A stretch of DNA of 64,000 nucleotides from an uncultured Desulfobulbus sp. (GTDB taxonomy: Bacteria; Desulfobacterota; Desulfobulbia; Desulfobulbales; Desulfobulbaceae): contig OY760916.1 in NCBI GenBank assembly GCA_963664075.1, positions 4,124,710-4,188,709 of the forward strand, in the 5' to 3' direction. The notes beneath the pieces are model-generated. The model was not told the DNA's origin. It saw only the letters and a program-made list of their open reading frames with translations, and made no database searches. Each line of letters opens with the position of its first letter. The stretch's first letter is position 1. Made by a program: the position numbers and the translations under genes. This document shows, piece after piece, positions 19,478 to 27,992 of the stretch.

Positions 19478-19574
19478 GATAAGGGAAGTGGTTGCAGCTT
19501 GCGACCAATCTCATTTACTGGTATTGAGCAGCGTCCCGCTCTCGCCCTCATCCCTTTTCTTCTTTATCACCATC

Positions 19575-20942
19575 ATGCGTCTTTTCTCACTTATCCTTAA
19601 TGAGGCCGCAACACTGCTGCGTCTCACTGGGCCCCTGCTTGTGGCCCAGCTGTCACAAACAGCGATGGGCTTTGTCGATACGGTCATGGCCGGTCGCTAC
19701 TCTTCTATCGATCTGGCGGCAGTCGCGGTGGGCTCCTCGATTTTCTTTCCTGTCTACCTCTTCCTCATCGGCCTTCAGAGCGCGGTAACACCGTTGGTGG
19801 CTCAGGCCCATGGACGGGGGAACCTGGAAGAAATCCGCTCTTCCATTCGTCTGGGCATGGTTATGGGCGGTGTTATCGGTCTGCTGCTCATGCCGCTTCT
19901 CTGGTCACTGGAACCCCTGATGCTCTGGCTGGGAGTCAGTGGAGAGGTCATTCCCATCACCCATCGCTATCTGGTTGCCGTTTCCTGGGGCCTACCTCTG
20001 GGGGGCATCTTTTACGGACTCAAAGGGGGAGGTGATGGCCTTGGTAAAACCCGCATTTCCATGTTTGCCGGATTTCTTGGCCTGGGGACCAATATCGGCG
20101 CCAACTATCTCCTGATTTACGGCAAGCTGGGATTGCCCGAACTTGGCGGGGCCGGATGCGGCTGGGCAACCTCGATCTCGATCCTGGTGATGCTGCTCAT
20201 TACCGGCCATCTGCTCCATCGCAGCCGCCTGGGGGGGACGGAAGGGTTATTTGTCCCGACACTGAACCCAGGCAAGAACAATATTAGCGAAACCTGGGCG
20301 TTTCTCCGACTTGGCATGCCACTTGGGGTCCAGATGTTCATCGAGTGTTCCATCTTCACCGTCATCGCCCTGTTCATCGCCAAGCTTGGAGCCGATGTGG
20401 TGGCAGCGCACCAGATTGCCCTCAACTTCACCTCCATGCTCTATATGTTGCCCTATAGTCTGGCAACAGCACTCACCGTCCGGGTTGGTTTTACCATCGG
20501 ACGCGCGCGCATACGACGCCTGCGCCGAATCGTGGGGACAGGTCTTGGCCTGGCCCTGTCCGGTGCTGTCCTCACCTGTCTGGGGATTGTAATTTTTTCC
20601 AACGAAATAGCTGCTCTCTACAGTAACGATCCGGTAATCCAGTCTTTGGCCGTGGGGTTGCTTGGCTTTGCGGCGCTCTTTCAGTTGCCGGATGCGATGC
20701 AGGTTAATTTCAGTGGCATTCTTCGGGGCTGCAAGGACACCCGGGTGCCGTTGCTGCTGATGCTCTGTGCCTATTGGGGGATTGGGCTGCCGCTGGGATA
20801 CGGCCTGGGACTGGCTGGCCTTGGGGGCATGGAGCCTGGCCCCCAAGGATTCTGGATTGGTCTGATCTGTGCGCTGGTCACCGCAGCCCTCTTGATGGGC
20901 ACACGGGTGGTGATCATGATACGACGGCTGCAACGAGGATGA
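19575..20942 (+). CDS. MATE family efflux transporter (NorM-like)
   Basis: AMGFVDTVMAG, GGAGCGWAT, VAAHQIAL, GILRGCKDT; about 12 hydrophobic segments. Likely start ATG 19575. Confidence 0.92.
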   Translation: MRLFSLILNEAATLLRLTGPLLVAQLSQTAMGFVDTVMAGRYSSIDLAAVAVGSSIFFPVYLFLIGLQSAVTPLVAQAHGRGNLEEIRSSIRLGMVMGGVIGLLLMPLLWSLEPLMLWLGVSGEVIPITHRYLVAVSWGLPLGGIFYGLKGGGDGLGKTRISMFAGFLGLGTNIGANYLLIYGKLGLPELGGAGCGWATSISILVMLLITGHLLHRSRLGGTEGLFVPTLNPGKNNISETWAFLRLGMPLGVQMFIECSIFTVIALFIAKLGADVVAAHQIALNFTSMLYMLPYSLATALTVRVGFTIGRARIRRLRRIVGTGLGLALSGAVLTCLGIVIFSNEIAALYSNDPVIQSLAVGLLGFAALFQLPDAMQVNFSGILRGCKDTRVPLLLMLCAYWGIGLPLGYGLGLAGLGGMEPGPQGFWIGLICALVTAALLMGTRVVIMIRRLQRG

Positions 20943-20952
20943 GGTCAAAGCA

Positions 20953-20998
20953 GCTCGAATTGCTCCATTTGAGACAAAATGTTCATGAGAAATTCGGG
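20953..20998 (-). repeat. CCCGAATTTC stop-codon-abutting repeat, copy after metF
   Basis: 20968-20998 is the exact reverse complement of 34324-34354 (31/31) and starts immediately after the metF TAG; degenerate right arm at 20953-20967. Confidence 0.85.
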
Positions 20999-21871
20999 CT
21001 AAAACTGTCCCTCCATAACCTGCAAACACATATCCGCCTTGTTGAGGGTATAGAGGTGGACACCGGGGGCTCCACCGTCAATGAGTTCTTTCACCTGTTG
21101 GCGCGCATAGGCCACACCGATCTCATAGACCGCCTTGGCACCGCCATCTTCATGGGCCTTGAGGAGTTTATTGATCAGCTTGCCTGGAATGCGCGCGTTA
21201 CACATCTCCAGGATAAAGCGCAATGATCCAAGGTTACGAATCGGGAGAACGCCGGGAACGACCGGCACTTCAACCCCACGTCGCTTCAGTCGCTCGACGT
21301 AATCGAAATAGATGCGGTTATCAAAATAGAGCTGGGTGATCACGAAATCCGCGCCGCTTTGCACCTTGCGCCGCATCACCTCAAGATCAGCGGCAAAGGA
21401 GGGCGCCTCCGAATGGGCCTCAGGGAAGCCGGCAACTCCAATGGCAAACTCAGGATGATACTGGCGAATATGGCGCACCAGATCTTCTGCATAGGGAAAA
21501 TTGGCAAACAGCTCCGCGTCTGTGCCGCTAAAGCCGGTGGGACGATCGCCACGCAGGGCTAAAACGTTTTCAATGCCGAGTTTTTTGATTGCCTCTAAAA
21601 AACCGTCGATCTTGTCCTGATCGGCAGTCACACCGGTTAAATGCGGCATGATCTCAAACCCGCAGGTCTTGATCAACTGGCCACATATTTCCAGGGTGTT
21701 AGACTGGGTGGAACCACCAGCACCATAAGTGACCGAGGCAAAAAGAGGATTAAGTTGCCCCAGGTTTTGAGCGACCTCAAAAAATCCCGGCCATTCTTCT
21801 TTATTTTTTGGAGGAAAAAATTCTAACGAAACAAAAGGTTTGTGCGTTTTTATCAGTTGAGGAATCTGCAT
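20999..21871 (-). CDS. metF: 5,10-methylenetetrahydrofolate reductase
   Basis: VSLEFFPPK, SVTYGAGGS, LALRGD, GADFVITQLYFDN, GVHLYTLN. Confidence 0.95.
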   Translation of the reverse strand: MQIPQLIKTHKPFVSLEFFPPKNKEEWPGFFEVAQNLGQLNPLFASVTYGAGGSTQSNTLEICGQLIKTCGFEIMPHLTGVTADQDKIDGFLEAIKKLGIENVLALRGDRPTGFSGTDAELFANFPYAEDLVRHIRQYHPEFAIGVAGFPEAHSEAPSFAADLEVMRRKVQSGADFVITQLYFDNRIYFDYVERLKRRGVEVPVVPGVLPIRNLGSLRFILEMCNARIPGKLINKLLKAHEDGGAKAVYEIGVAYARQQVKELIDGGAPGVHLYTLNKADMCLQVMEGQF

Positions 21872-21985
21872 CCCCGTACTCCTTGGTTGAAGGTACGGTG
21901 GAGGCGCAGGGTCGTGCAGGATGCGCCTTCACCCTAAATATCTCGTTGAAATAGGTCGATACGTAGAGCAGGAACGTTATTCACC

Positions 21986-22203
21986 CCTGAACCCGTGAGC
22001 ATTCATCAGGGCGTCAATTTTGTTGTTTGTGACCTGACGATTAAAGTAAACTTTATCGGCAGGTTGCAGACAATGAAAGTGGCGTGCTGATGGGTGCCCC
22101 AGAGGGCGGCGGGTGAAACTGAACAATACATGAATTTGTAAAAAAACGTTGTCTCGTTAAAAAAATGCATTGTTCAGTGACCACCCGCCGTCACGGATTC
22201 AGG
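21986..22203. mobile_element. Putative 218-bp MITE, full copy, two internal hairpins
   Basis: 13-bp terminal inverted repeats CCTGAACCCGTGA / TCACGGATTCAGG (12/13); flanks TCACC and TCATC resemble a 5-bp target duplication; related fragments at 2020, 40549, 42740 and possibly 62799. Confidence 0.75.
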
Positions 22204-22226
22204 TCATCTACCACGGAGGGAAGACA

Positions 22227-22385
22227 ATGACACCGCGCCAAGCCTTACGTATTCTCATGCTCAGCCCCTGTTACTGGCTCATGAGTCTTGCCGATCGAAA
22301 ACGGTTAATCCGTGACTTTTGCAGTTCTTTTGCATCTGCCTGGTTCCCGGAGTCGGTACTGCGCAAGAAGGAAACCACCGGGTAA
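22227..22385 (+). CDS. Small hypothetical protein (52 aa, MTPRQALRILMLSPCYW...)
   Basis: GGAGGG ribosome-binding site 6 nt before ATG 22227; the stop converges on the J-domain gene. Confidence 0.6.
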   Translation: MTPRQALRILMLSPCYWLMSLADRKRLIRDFCSSFASAWFPESVLRKKETTG

Positions 22386-22396
22386 TTACTCAAGCC

Positions 22397-22723
22397 TTAG
22401 CGCTTCCTCTTTTTGCCGCTCCAGAGGGGATCCTGACCAAAACGTGCCTGCCACCAGTCTTCTGGATCGTAAATATCCAGATCATCCTCACCGGCATTCT
22501 CCCGTTTGAGCGGGTAGCGATAACTATCGCAGTAGCGGGTGAGGGTTTCATAGGCAGCGGTGATGCGGTACATCTTTTCACCGTTCGTGTCACCGCCGGT
22601 GTCGGGATGATGGAGCTTACTCAGGCGGTGAAAGGCCCGCTTGATCTCTCCCAGCGTGGCGCGCTCATTCAACCCCAAAACCTGAGCCGCCTTTTCAATG
22701 GCCTGCCACTCTTTGCTGTTCAC
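22397..22723 (-). CDS. Small DnaJ (J-domain) protein
   Basis: EIKRAFHRLSKLHHPD...ITAAYETL. Confidence 0.88.
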   Translation of the reverse strand: MNSKEWQAIEKAAQVLGLNERATLGEIKRAFHRLSKLHHPDTGGDTNGEKMYRITAAYETLTRYCDSYRYPLKRENAGEDDLDIYDPEDWWQARFGQDPLWSGKKRKR

Positions 22724-23337
22724 TCCTTATCCTCGGCCTTACCCTTCCATGATTTTTCGGTGCCTCGAATCAGCCGCCCGATATTCTGGTAATGCTTGCC
22801 CCAGATCATGAGCACGACAAACACGGCCAACCACATTTTCCATGCCGGTACATGGAGAAGCGGCAGCCAGAGCAGCATGGAAAGCGACCCCAGAAGCGAA
22901 CCGAGTGAGACAAATCCAGAAAAATAGACAGCACCAAGAAAAACTATCAGGCAACCGAGCACGGCCAGCGGTGCCAGGTAGAGAAAAGCCCCAAGTGCGG
23001 TGGCCACCCCTTTGCCGCCTTTGAAGCCCAGGTAAACTGGAAACATATGTCCCAAAACCGAGGCAGCGCCACAGAAGGCTATAATAACCTCGTGGCCAGC
23101 AGATTCCCCAAGGGCTAGCCCCACGACAAACATGGGCAGGAATCCTTTCAAGAGATCACAGAGCAGGGTCAGCGCTCCCAGCTTTTTTCCTAAAAGGCGA
23201 GTAACATTGGTGGCGCCAATATTTTTACTTCCCTGATTCCGAATATCTATGCCGCTACCGCGGGAGAGAACCAGGCCAAAGGGGACAGCTCCCAGCAGAT
23301 AAGATAAAACGACACAAAGAATTCCAATACTGTTCAT
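22720..23337 (-). CDS. plsY: Glycerol-3-phosphate acyltransferase PlsY
   Basis: GSKNIGATNVTR, GHMFPVYLGFKGGKGVAT, HYQNIGRL. Confidence 0.95.
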   Translation of the reverse strand: MNSIGILCVVLSYLLGAVPFGLVLSRGSGIDIRNQGSKNIGATNVTRLLGKKLGALTLLCDLLKGFLPMFVVGLALGESAGHEVIIAFCGAASVLGHMFPVYLGFKGGKGVATALGAFLYLAPLAVLGCLIVFLGAVYFSGFVSLGSLLGSLSMLLWLPLLHVPAWKMWLAVFVVLMIWGKHYQNIGRLIRGTEKSWKGKAEDKE

Positions 23338-23369
23338 AGGCGTAAATAAAGGATTAAAATTACAGGGAC

Positions 23370-24230
23370 TCAGGCCTTATTCTGGCGAAAAAACATTTCC
23401 AGTTCACAGGCCGCTGCATAAGCGTTGATTTCCTCTTTGAGTTCCTGGACATAAGGACAATCAACCACGGCAAGCAGCGCTTGACGCAAGCGGTAGCTTT
23501 TCTGGCTCCCCCCATCCAGGGGTTCCAGCATATAGGGGAAAATCTGAGGTCGACGGCAAACCTGGGGGCGATCCGGATAGATCAGGCAACGGCCGGACTC
23601 CTCCTGGTTGGGACAGCGACTTTCCGTGGGAAGCACCAGACTCCAGCCGGACTGCCAATGCACCAGCGCCGGATCGGAACGCAGGTAGAAGTCCTGCCCG
23701 TTCACCTGCAGGGGCGGCTCGGCATCGATACGCAGACTGCGTGAGGCTGTCGTATCAATCTGGTCTACAGCAAAATGCGCCTCCTCCCCTGGTCCCAGGG
23801 GAATCTCAAAATAGGCCTGGTGCATATCGCTCTCCGGGCCAACGCAGCAGAGAGTGCAATGACAGGGAGCACAGAGCAGGCTGTTGATGGGCTCAAGCTC
23901 ACGGGTCAGCACCTGCTGCGCGATCAGAGCTGTGGTGGCTGACATGGGATCAAGAGGAGTATCCTCTGCATCGACCACTGTTACCTCAGGGGCCTGGCCA
24001 GCCTTCAAGCCGACCAATGGTTGCAACAGATCCGCATAGGGGACTAAGGCGCTGACCGGATCAGCATAGGTGGCAAATCCGGTTTCAATATCCGGAGGCA
24101 TCTCCTTGATGACCTCCTCAACCGTGGCAAAATCACCGGTTAAATAGAGAAACTGGACCATGGACACCAGCGGTAAAACCGGCTGAGCCAGCAGGGCCAT
24201 TCCTTCCTGTAATTGATCCTTTGCAACCAT
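23370..24230 (-). CDS. YkgJ-family cysteine cluster (putative Fe-S/Zn) protein
   Basis: CAPCHCTLCC and RCLIYPDRPQVC motifs. Likely start ATG 24230. Confidence 0.8.
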   Translation of the reverse strand: MVAKDQLQEGMALLAQPVLPLVSMVQFLYLTGDFATVEEVIKEMPPDIETGFATYADPVSALVPYADLLQPLVGLKAGQAPEVTVVDAEDTPLDPMSATTALIAQQVLTRELEPINSLLCAPCHCTLCCVGPESDMHQAYFEIPLGPGEEAHFAVDQIDTTASRSLRIDAEPPLQVNGQDFYLRSDPALVHWQSGWSLVLPTESRCPNQEESGRCLIYPDRPQVCRRPQIFPYMLEPLDGGSQKSYRLRQALLAVVDCPYVQELKEEINAYAAACELEMFFRQNKA

Positions 24231-24512
24231 AGCGCTCCCTGTTTTGTAAACTTCCTGCATCCGTGAGGGAACTTGGTACACTACACAATAAAACGCCGAA
24301 AAACAAGCGGCCACGGGCCAAGTCGATACAGGAGAGAACTTTACTTTACCAGCCAAACTGATTACATACCCAAAGAACATGGGAGTTGAACTCTCTGGTA
24401 CCCACGTATTTTATCGACAGCATCCCCAGCCGCTTTTCTGACACCTGCTCGGGAAACATGCGGGCGATGCAGTATCTTTTTTTGGTGCCTGGCGCCACAT
24501 ACAGACAAGACT

Positions 24513-25022
24513 ATGGCCATACGAGAAATTATTACCTTTCCGCACCCTGTTCTTCGCGAAAAGGCTGAAACTATCACTGAGTTTGACGATGCTCTGAAAC
24601 AACTGGTCGAGGACATGGCGGACACCATGTACAAGGCCCCAGGCGTTGGCCTTGCTGCCAATCAGATTGGCCTTGCCAAGCGCGTGGTCGTTATCGACCC
24701 GGAAGCTGACGAAGAAAAACGCGATTACCTTGTCCTGATCAATCCGGAAATTACCCAGGGCGAAGGCTCCATGGTCGGCGAAGAAGGATGCCTGAGCGTG
24801 CTTGAGTGCTACGACAAGGTCAAACGGTTTCAGAAAATACACGTTACCGCGCAGAACCTTGAGGGAAAACCGCTGGAGTTTGACGCAGAGGATCGCTTTG
24901 CCCGTATTATTCAGCACGAGGTGGACCACCTTCTGGGCAAGCTCTTTATCGATCACCTCAGCACCCTCAAGCGAACGCTGTATAAGAAAAAACTGAAAAA
25001 AATCCTCAGGAATCAAGAGTGA
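24513..25022 (+). CDS. def: Peptide deformylase
   Basis: GVGLAANQ, EGCLS, QHEVDHL. Confidence 0.97.
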   Translation: MAIREIITFPHPVLREKAETITEFDDALKQLVEDMADTMYKAPGVGLAANQIGLAKRVVVIDPEADEEKRDYLVLINPEITQGEGSMVGEEGCLSVLECYDKVKRFQKIHVTAQNLEGKPLEFDAEDRFARIIQHEVDHLLGKLFIDHLSTLKRTLYKKKLKKILRNQE

Positions 25023-25960
25023 GCGGACCATTGAAGATTGTGTTCATGGGCACACCGGATTTTGCCGTCCCGTGCCTCCAGGCCCTGATCGACTCATCCC
25101 ATGAGGTGGTCGGGGTGGTCTGTCAGCCGGACCGCCAGCGTGGCCGCGGCAAGAAGCTGAGCCCACCTCCTGTCAAAGTCCTGGCGATGGAGCACGACCT
25201 CCCGGTCCTGCAACCGGATTCAGTGCGCACCGATGCATTTTACCAAGAGCTGCAGGCCTTAGCTTCTGATCTTCTGGTGGTGGTTGCCTACGGGAAAATT
25301 TTACCGGAATCCATTCTTCAGCTTGCCCGCCTTGGTGCCATCAATGTCCACGGCTCCATTTTGCCCAAGTATCGTGGTGCCGCTCCCATTCAATGGGCGG
25401 TCATTAACGGGGAAGTGGAAACCGGGATTACCATCATGCAGATGGACAAAGGCATGGACACCGGCGACATCCTCTTGATTGAGCGGACCCCCATCGGTAT
25501 CCAGGAGACCGCTGGCCAACTCTTTGAACGACTCTCCGCCATGGGTGGGGCAACCCTGGCTGCAGCTGTGGATAAACTGGCAGACGGTGCTCTCGCCCCC
25601 CACCCCCAGGATCACGACCAGGCAACCGTCGCCCCCATGCTCGACAAGAAAATGGGACATATCGACTGGACACTGGCGGCAAGCAAGCTGCAAAGCCTCA
25701 TTCGCGGGCTTGATCCCTGGCCCTCCGCCTACGGCTTTATCAACGAAAAACGATTCCGCTTTTTTCAGCCCGAAGTCGTTCTCCAGCACTCGAGCGAACA
25801 GCCTGGGACCATACTCCGCGCCGACGAACAGGGATTGCTTGTGGCTACCGGCCAGGACTGCCTGCTGCTGCGTGAAATACAGCCCGAGGGGAAAAAACGG
25901 ATGGAGGTGGCCACCTGCCTGCGGGGCAACCCAATTGAACCACTGAGCCTGATCAGTTGA
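25019..25960 (+). CDS. fmt: Methionyl-tRNA formyltransferase
   Basis: VFMGTPDFA, NVHGSILPKYRGAAPIQWA, MDTGDI; coupled to def. Confidence 0.97.
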   Translation: MSGPLKIVFMGTPDFAVPCLQALIDSSHEVVGVVCQPDRQRGRGKKLSPPPVKVLAMEHDLPVLQPDSVRTDAFYQELQALASDLLVVVAYGKILPESILQLARLGAINVHGSILPKYRGAAPIQWAVINGEVETGITIMQMDKGMDTGDILLIERTPIGIQETAGQLFERLSAMGGATLAAAVDKLADGALAPHPQDHDQATVAPMLDKKMGHIDWTLAASKLQSLIRGLDPWPSAYGFINEKRFRFFQPEVVLQHSSEQPGTILRADEQGLLVATGQDCLLLREIQPEGKKRMEVATCLRGNPIEPLSLIS

Positions 25961-25985
25961 TGTTTACCTCCACCAGCGTGTTACC

Positions 25986-26444
25986 ATGAATCGCATCCAC
26001 ATGTTCATAGCCACTGGAGCCTACAGTGGCTATCTCCCCAAAGCTCCGGGCACCTGGTGCTCCGCCTTCACGGTCCTCCTCTGGTTTGGACTTGGTCGCC
26101 TGCCCCTTGCTCCCTACTGGGGCCTGGTCGCCCTTCTTTTCGTGCTGGGTGTCTTCAGTGCCGGAGCAGCGGAAAAAATCGTCGGCAACGGCGATCCGGG
26201 CCTGGTCGTCATTGACGAAGTTGTGGGCCAGCTCATCACCCTGGGCTTTGCCCCGGTAAATCCAACTATCGCTTTCTGCGGATTTGTTCTTTTTCGAATC
26301 TTTGATATACTCAAACCATTCCCGGTAAACTGGCTGGATGAGCACATCCACGGTGGATTGGGAATCATGCTGGATGACTGTATGGCTGGCTGCTATGCTT
26401 TTCTCGTGCTTCAGCTTGGCCTGTATCTGATCAAATTCTTCTAA
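25986..26444 (+). CDS. pgpA: Phosphatidylglycerophosphatase A
   Basis: APGTWCS, VVIDEVVG, FRIFDILKPFP, GIMLDD. Confidence 0.92.
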   Translation: MNRIHMFIATGAYSGYLPKAPGTWCSAFTVLLWFGLGRLPLAPYWGLVALLFVLGVFSAGAAEKIVGNGDPGLVVIDEVVGQLITLGFAPVNPTIAFCGFVLFRIFDILKPFPVNWLDEHIHGGLGIMLDDCMAGCYAFLVLQLGLYLIKFF

Positions 26445-26564
26445 GGCGTCTTGATTACGAGTTGCCCCCCGCCCACTTCCCAAGGGAAACTGGACATTCC
26501 CCCTCGAAGAAGCTGGGAGCATTCAAGATCATCTCTGTCTGTTGATCGAGCCCGAGGAGCAGCT

Positions 26565-27362
26565 ATGGCTGGTGCCATTGATTTCCATACCCATGCCTTC
26601 CCCGATCAGATTGCCCGCATCGCTATTCCCGCACTGGAACGCGAGGGGCAGATCAAGGCCTATCTCAACGGAACCATTGACGACCTGCTTAAATCCATGG
26701 ACAGAAGCGGGGTCGACTGTTCCGTTGTCTGCTCCATCGCCACCCGCCGGGAACAGTTTCAGCCCGTTCTCGACTGGTCCAAAGAAATCCGCAGCGAACG
26801 CATCATTCCCTTTCCCTCACTGCACCCGGATGATCCCGATATCATCGCCCACCTTGAACTCCTCCATAACGAGGGATTTAAAGGGGTGAAAATGCACCCC
26901 TACTATCAGGATTACTTCATTGATGACTACAACCTCTTCGCCCTCTATGAGCGCATGAGCGAGTTAGGGATGATCCTGGTTATCCATGCCGGCTATGACA
27001 TAGCCTACCCCCGCATCCGCCGGGCCGATCCCCAGCGAATTCTCGATATCAGCAAAGAATTCCCCCAACTCAAACTCATTGCCACCCATCTGGGCGGCTG
27101 GGATGAATGGAAGGATGTCCGTAATCTGCTTACCGGACAGCCCATACACATGGAAATTTCCTTTGCCCTGGATTTTCTCGATCAGATTCGCCTGCGCGAT
27201 ATTATCCTCAATCATCCGCCTGAATACCTGCTTTTAGGGACAGACTCTCCCTGGTCCGACCAGGCGACAACCATCAAGATGCTGACCAAATTAAACCTTC
27301 CGGACAGTCTTCTTGAAAACATGCTATCTAAAAACGCACGACGCCTGTTGCACCTTGACTGA
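26565..27362 (+). CDS. Amidohydrolase family protein (TIM-barrel metallohydrolase)
   Basis: IDFHTH, GVKMHP, VIHAG, ATHLGG, LLGTDSPW. Start ATG 26565 after GAGGAG. Confidence 0.88.
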   Translation: MAGAIDFHTHAFPDQIARIAIPALEREGQIKAYLNGTIDDLLKSMDRSGVDCSVVCSIATRREQFQPVLDWSKEIRSERIIPFPSLHPDDPDIIAHLELLHNEGFKGVKMHPYYQDYFIDDYNLFALYERMSELGMILVIHAGYDIAYPRIRRADPQRILDISKEFPQLKLIATHLGGWDEWKDVRNLLTGQPIHMEISFALDFLDQIRLRDIILNHPPEYLLLGTDSPWSDQATTIKMLTKLNLPDSLLENMLSKNARRLLHLD

Positions 27363-27476
27363 CGCAGGCATTCCCTGCCACCTCTTCCTCTCTCCCTGGC
27401 CGCCGAAAACTGCCCGCCCACTTCCTGTTGCTATAAATGGGCCACCTTGCCCATTTACCCCCATAAAAAATGGGTA

Positions 27477-27721
27477 GCATAAAATTTTATGCCTTTTGTG
27501 CAATGCACAACAATTCACTCTCCCTGCTCACCCCCCACACCCACCCACGTTGAAAGTTTCTAAAAAAAGGCAACTTTTTCATTTTCCCTAGACACCAACC
27601 ACTCAAGACTCTCCATACCCCATCAATTTTAACGATGTTATTTCAGCTTTTTATCAGCAACTTTCCACACTGGAACAACATTCATGTGCCACTTGTGCAA
27701 AGTGTAGAAATTTATTGCACA
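27477..27721. promoter_or_regulatory. Cluster of palindromic candidate operators upstream of the hdr operon
   Basis: GCATAAAATTTTATGC (27477-27492), TTGTGCA-A-TGCACAA (27496-27510), TGTGCAA-N14-TTGCACA (27694-27721). Confidence 0.45.
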
Positions 27722-27811
27722 GTTTCCCCAGCAATTCTATAGAGAAGGCGAACAAGGCAATTCCTGAATGCAAATTCAGCAAAATAGATAGGAAATATCA
27801 GTAAAAAAGAA

Positions 27812-27954
27812 TGCGGAGTGTGCGCCGGGGGACGAGCCCTCGGGCTCGATAGGCGCACACCTCGGTCACATTACCGCACTCACCAGCAGGCGAATTACTG
27901 CTTGAACAGGGCAACGGAAAAGGCTTTGCTCGGCGACTGTTCGAACCGCTGGTG
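27812..27954 (+). promoter_or_regulatory. Candidate structured 5' leader of hdrA
   Basis: Nested stems TGCGG/CCGCA, GTGTGCGCC/GGCGCACAC, CGAGCC-ctcg-GGCTCG, followed by CACCAGC/GCTGGTG, GAACAG/CTGTTC, GGGCAA/TTGCTC. Confidence 0.45.
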
Positions 27955-27992
27955 GGGCATCATGATTTATCCTCATCAAGAAGGAGGCCTGT

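Noticed and set aside
21999-22097. Integron attC interpretation of the strand-biased hairpins
   Set aside because: Length, bulged base and G-T skew are reminiscent, but there are no RYYYAAC/GTTRRRY core sites, no cassette array and no integrase in the window.
27904-27942. ACAGGGCAA resemblance to a c-di-GMP-I riboswitch
   Set aside because: The following GAAA-capped stem and GACGCAAAGC segment are absent; kept only as an unclassified structured leader.
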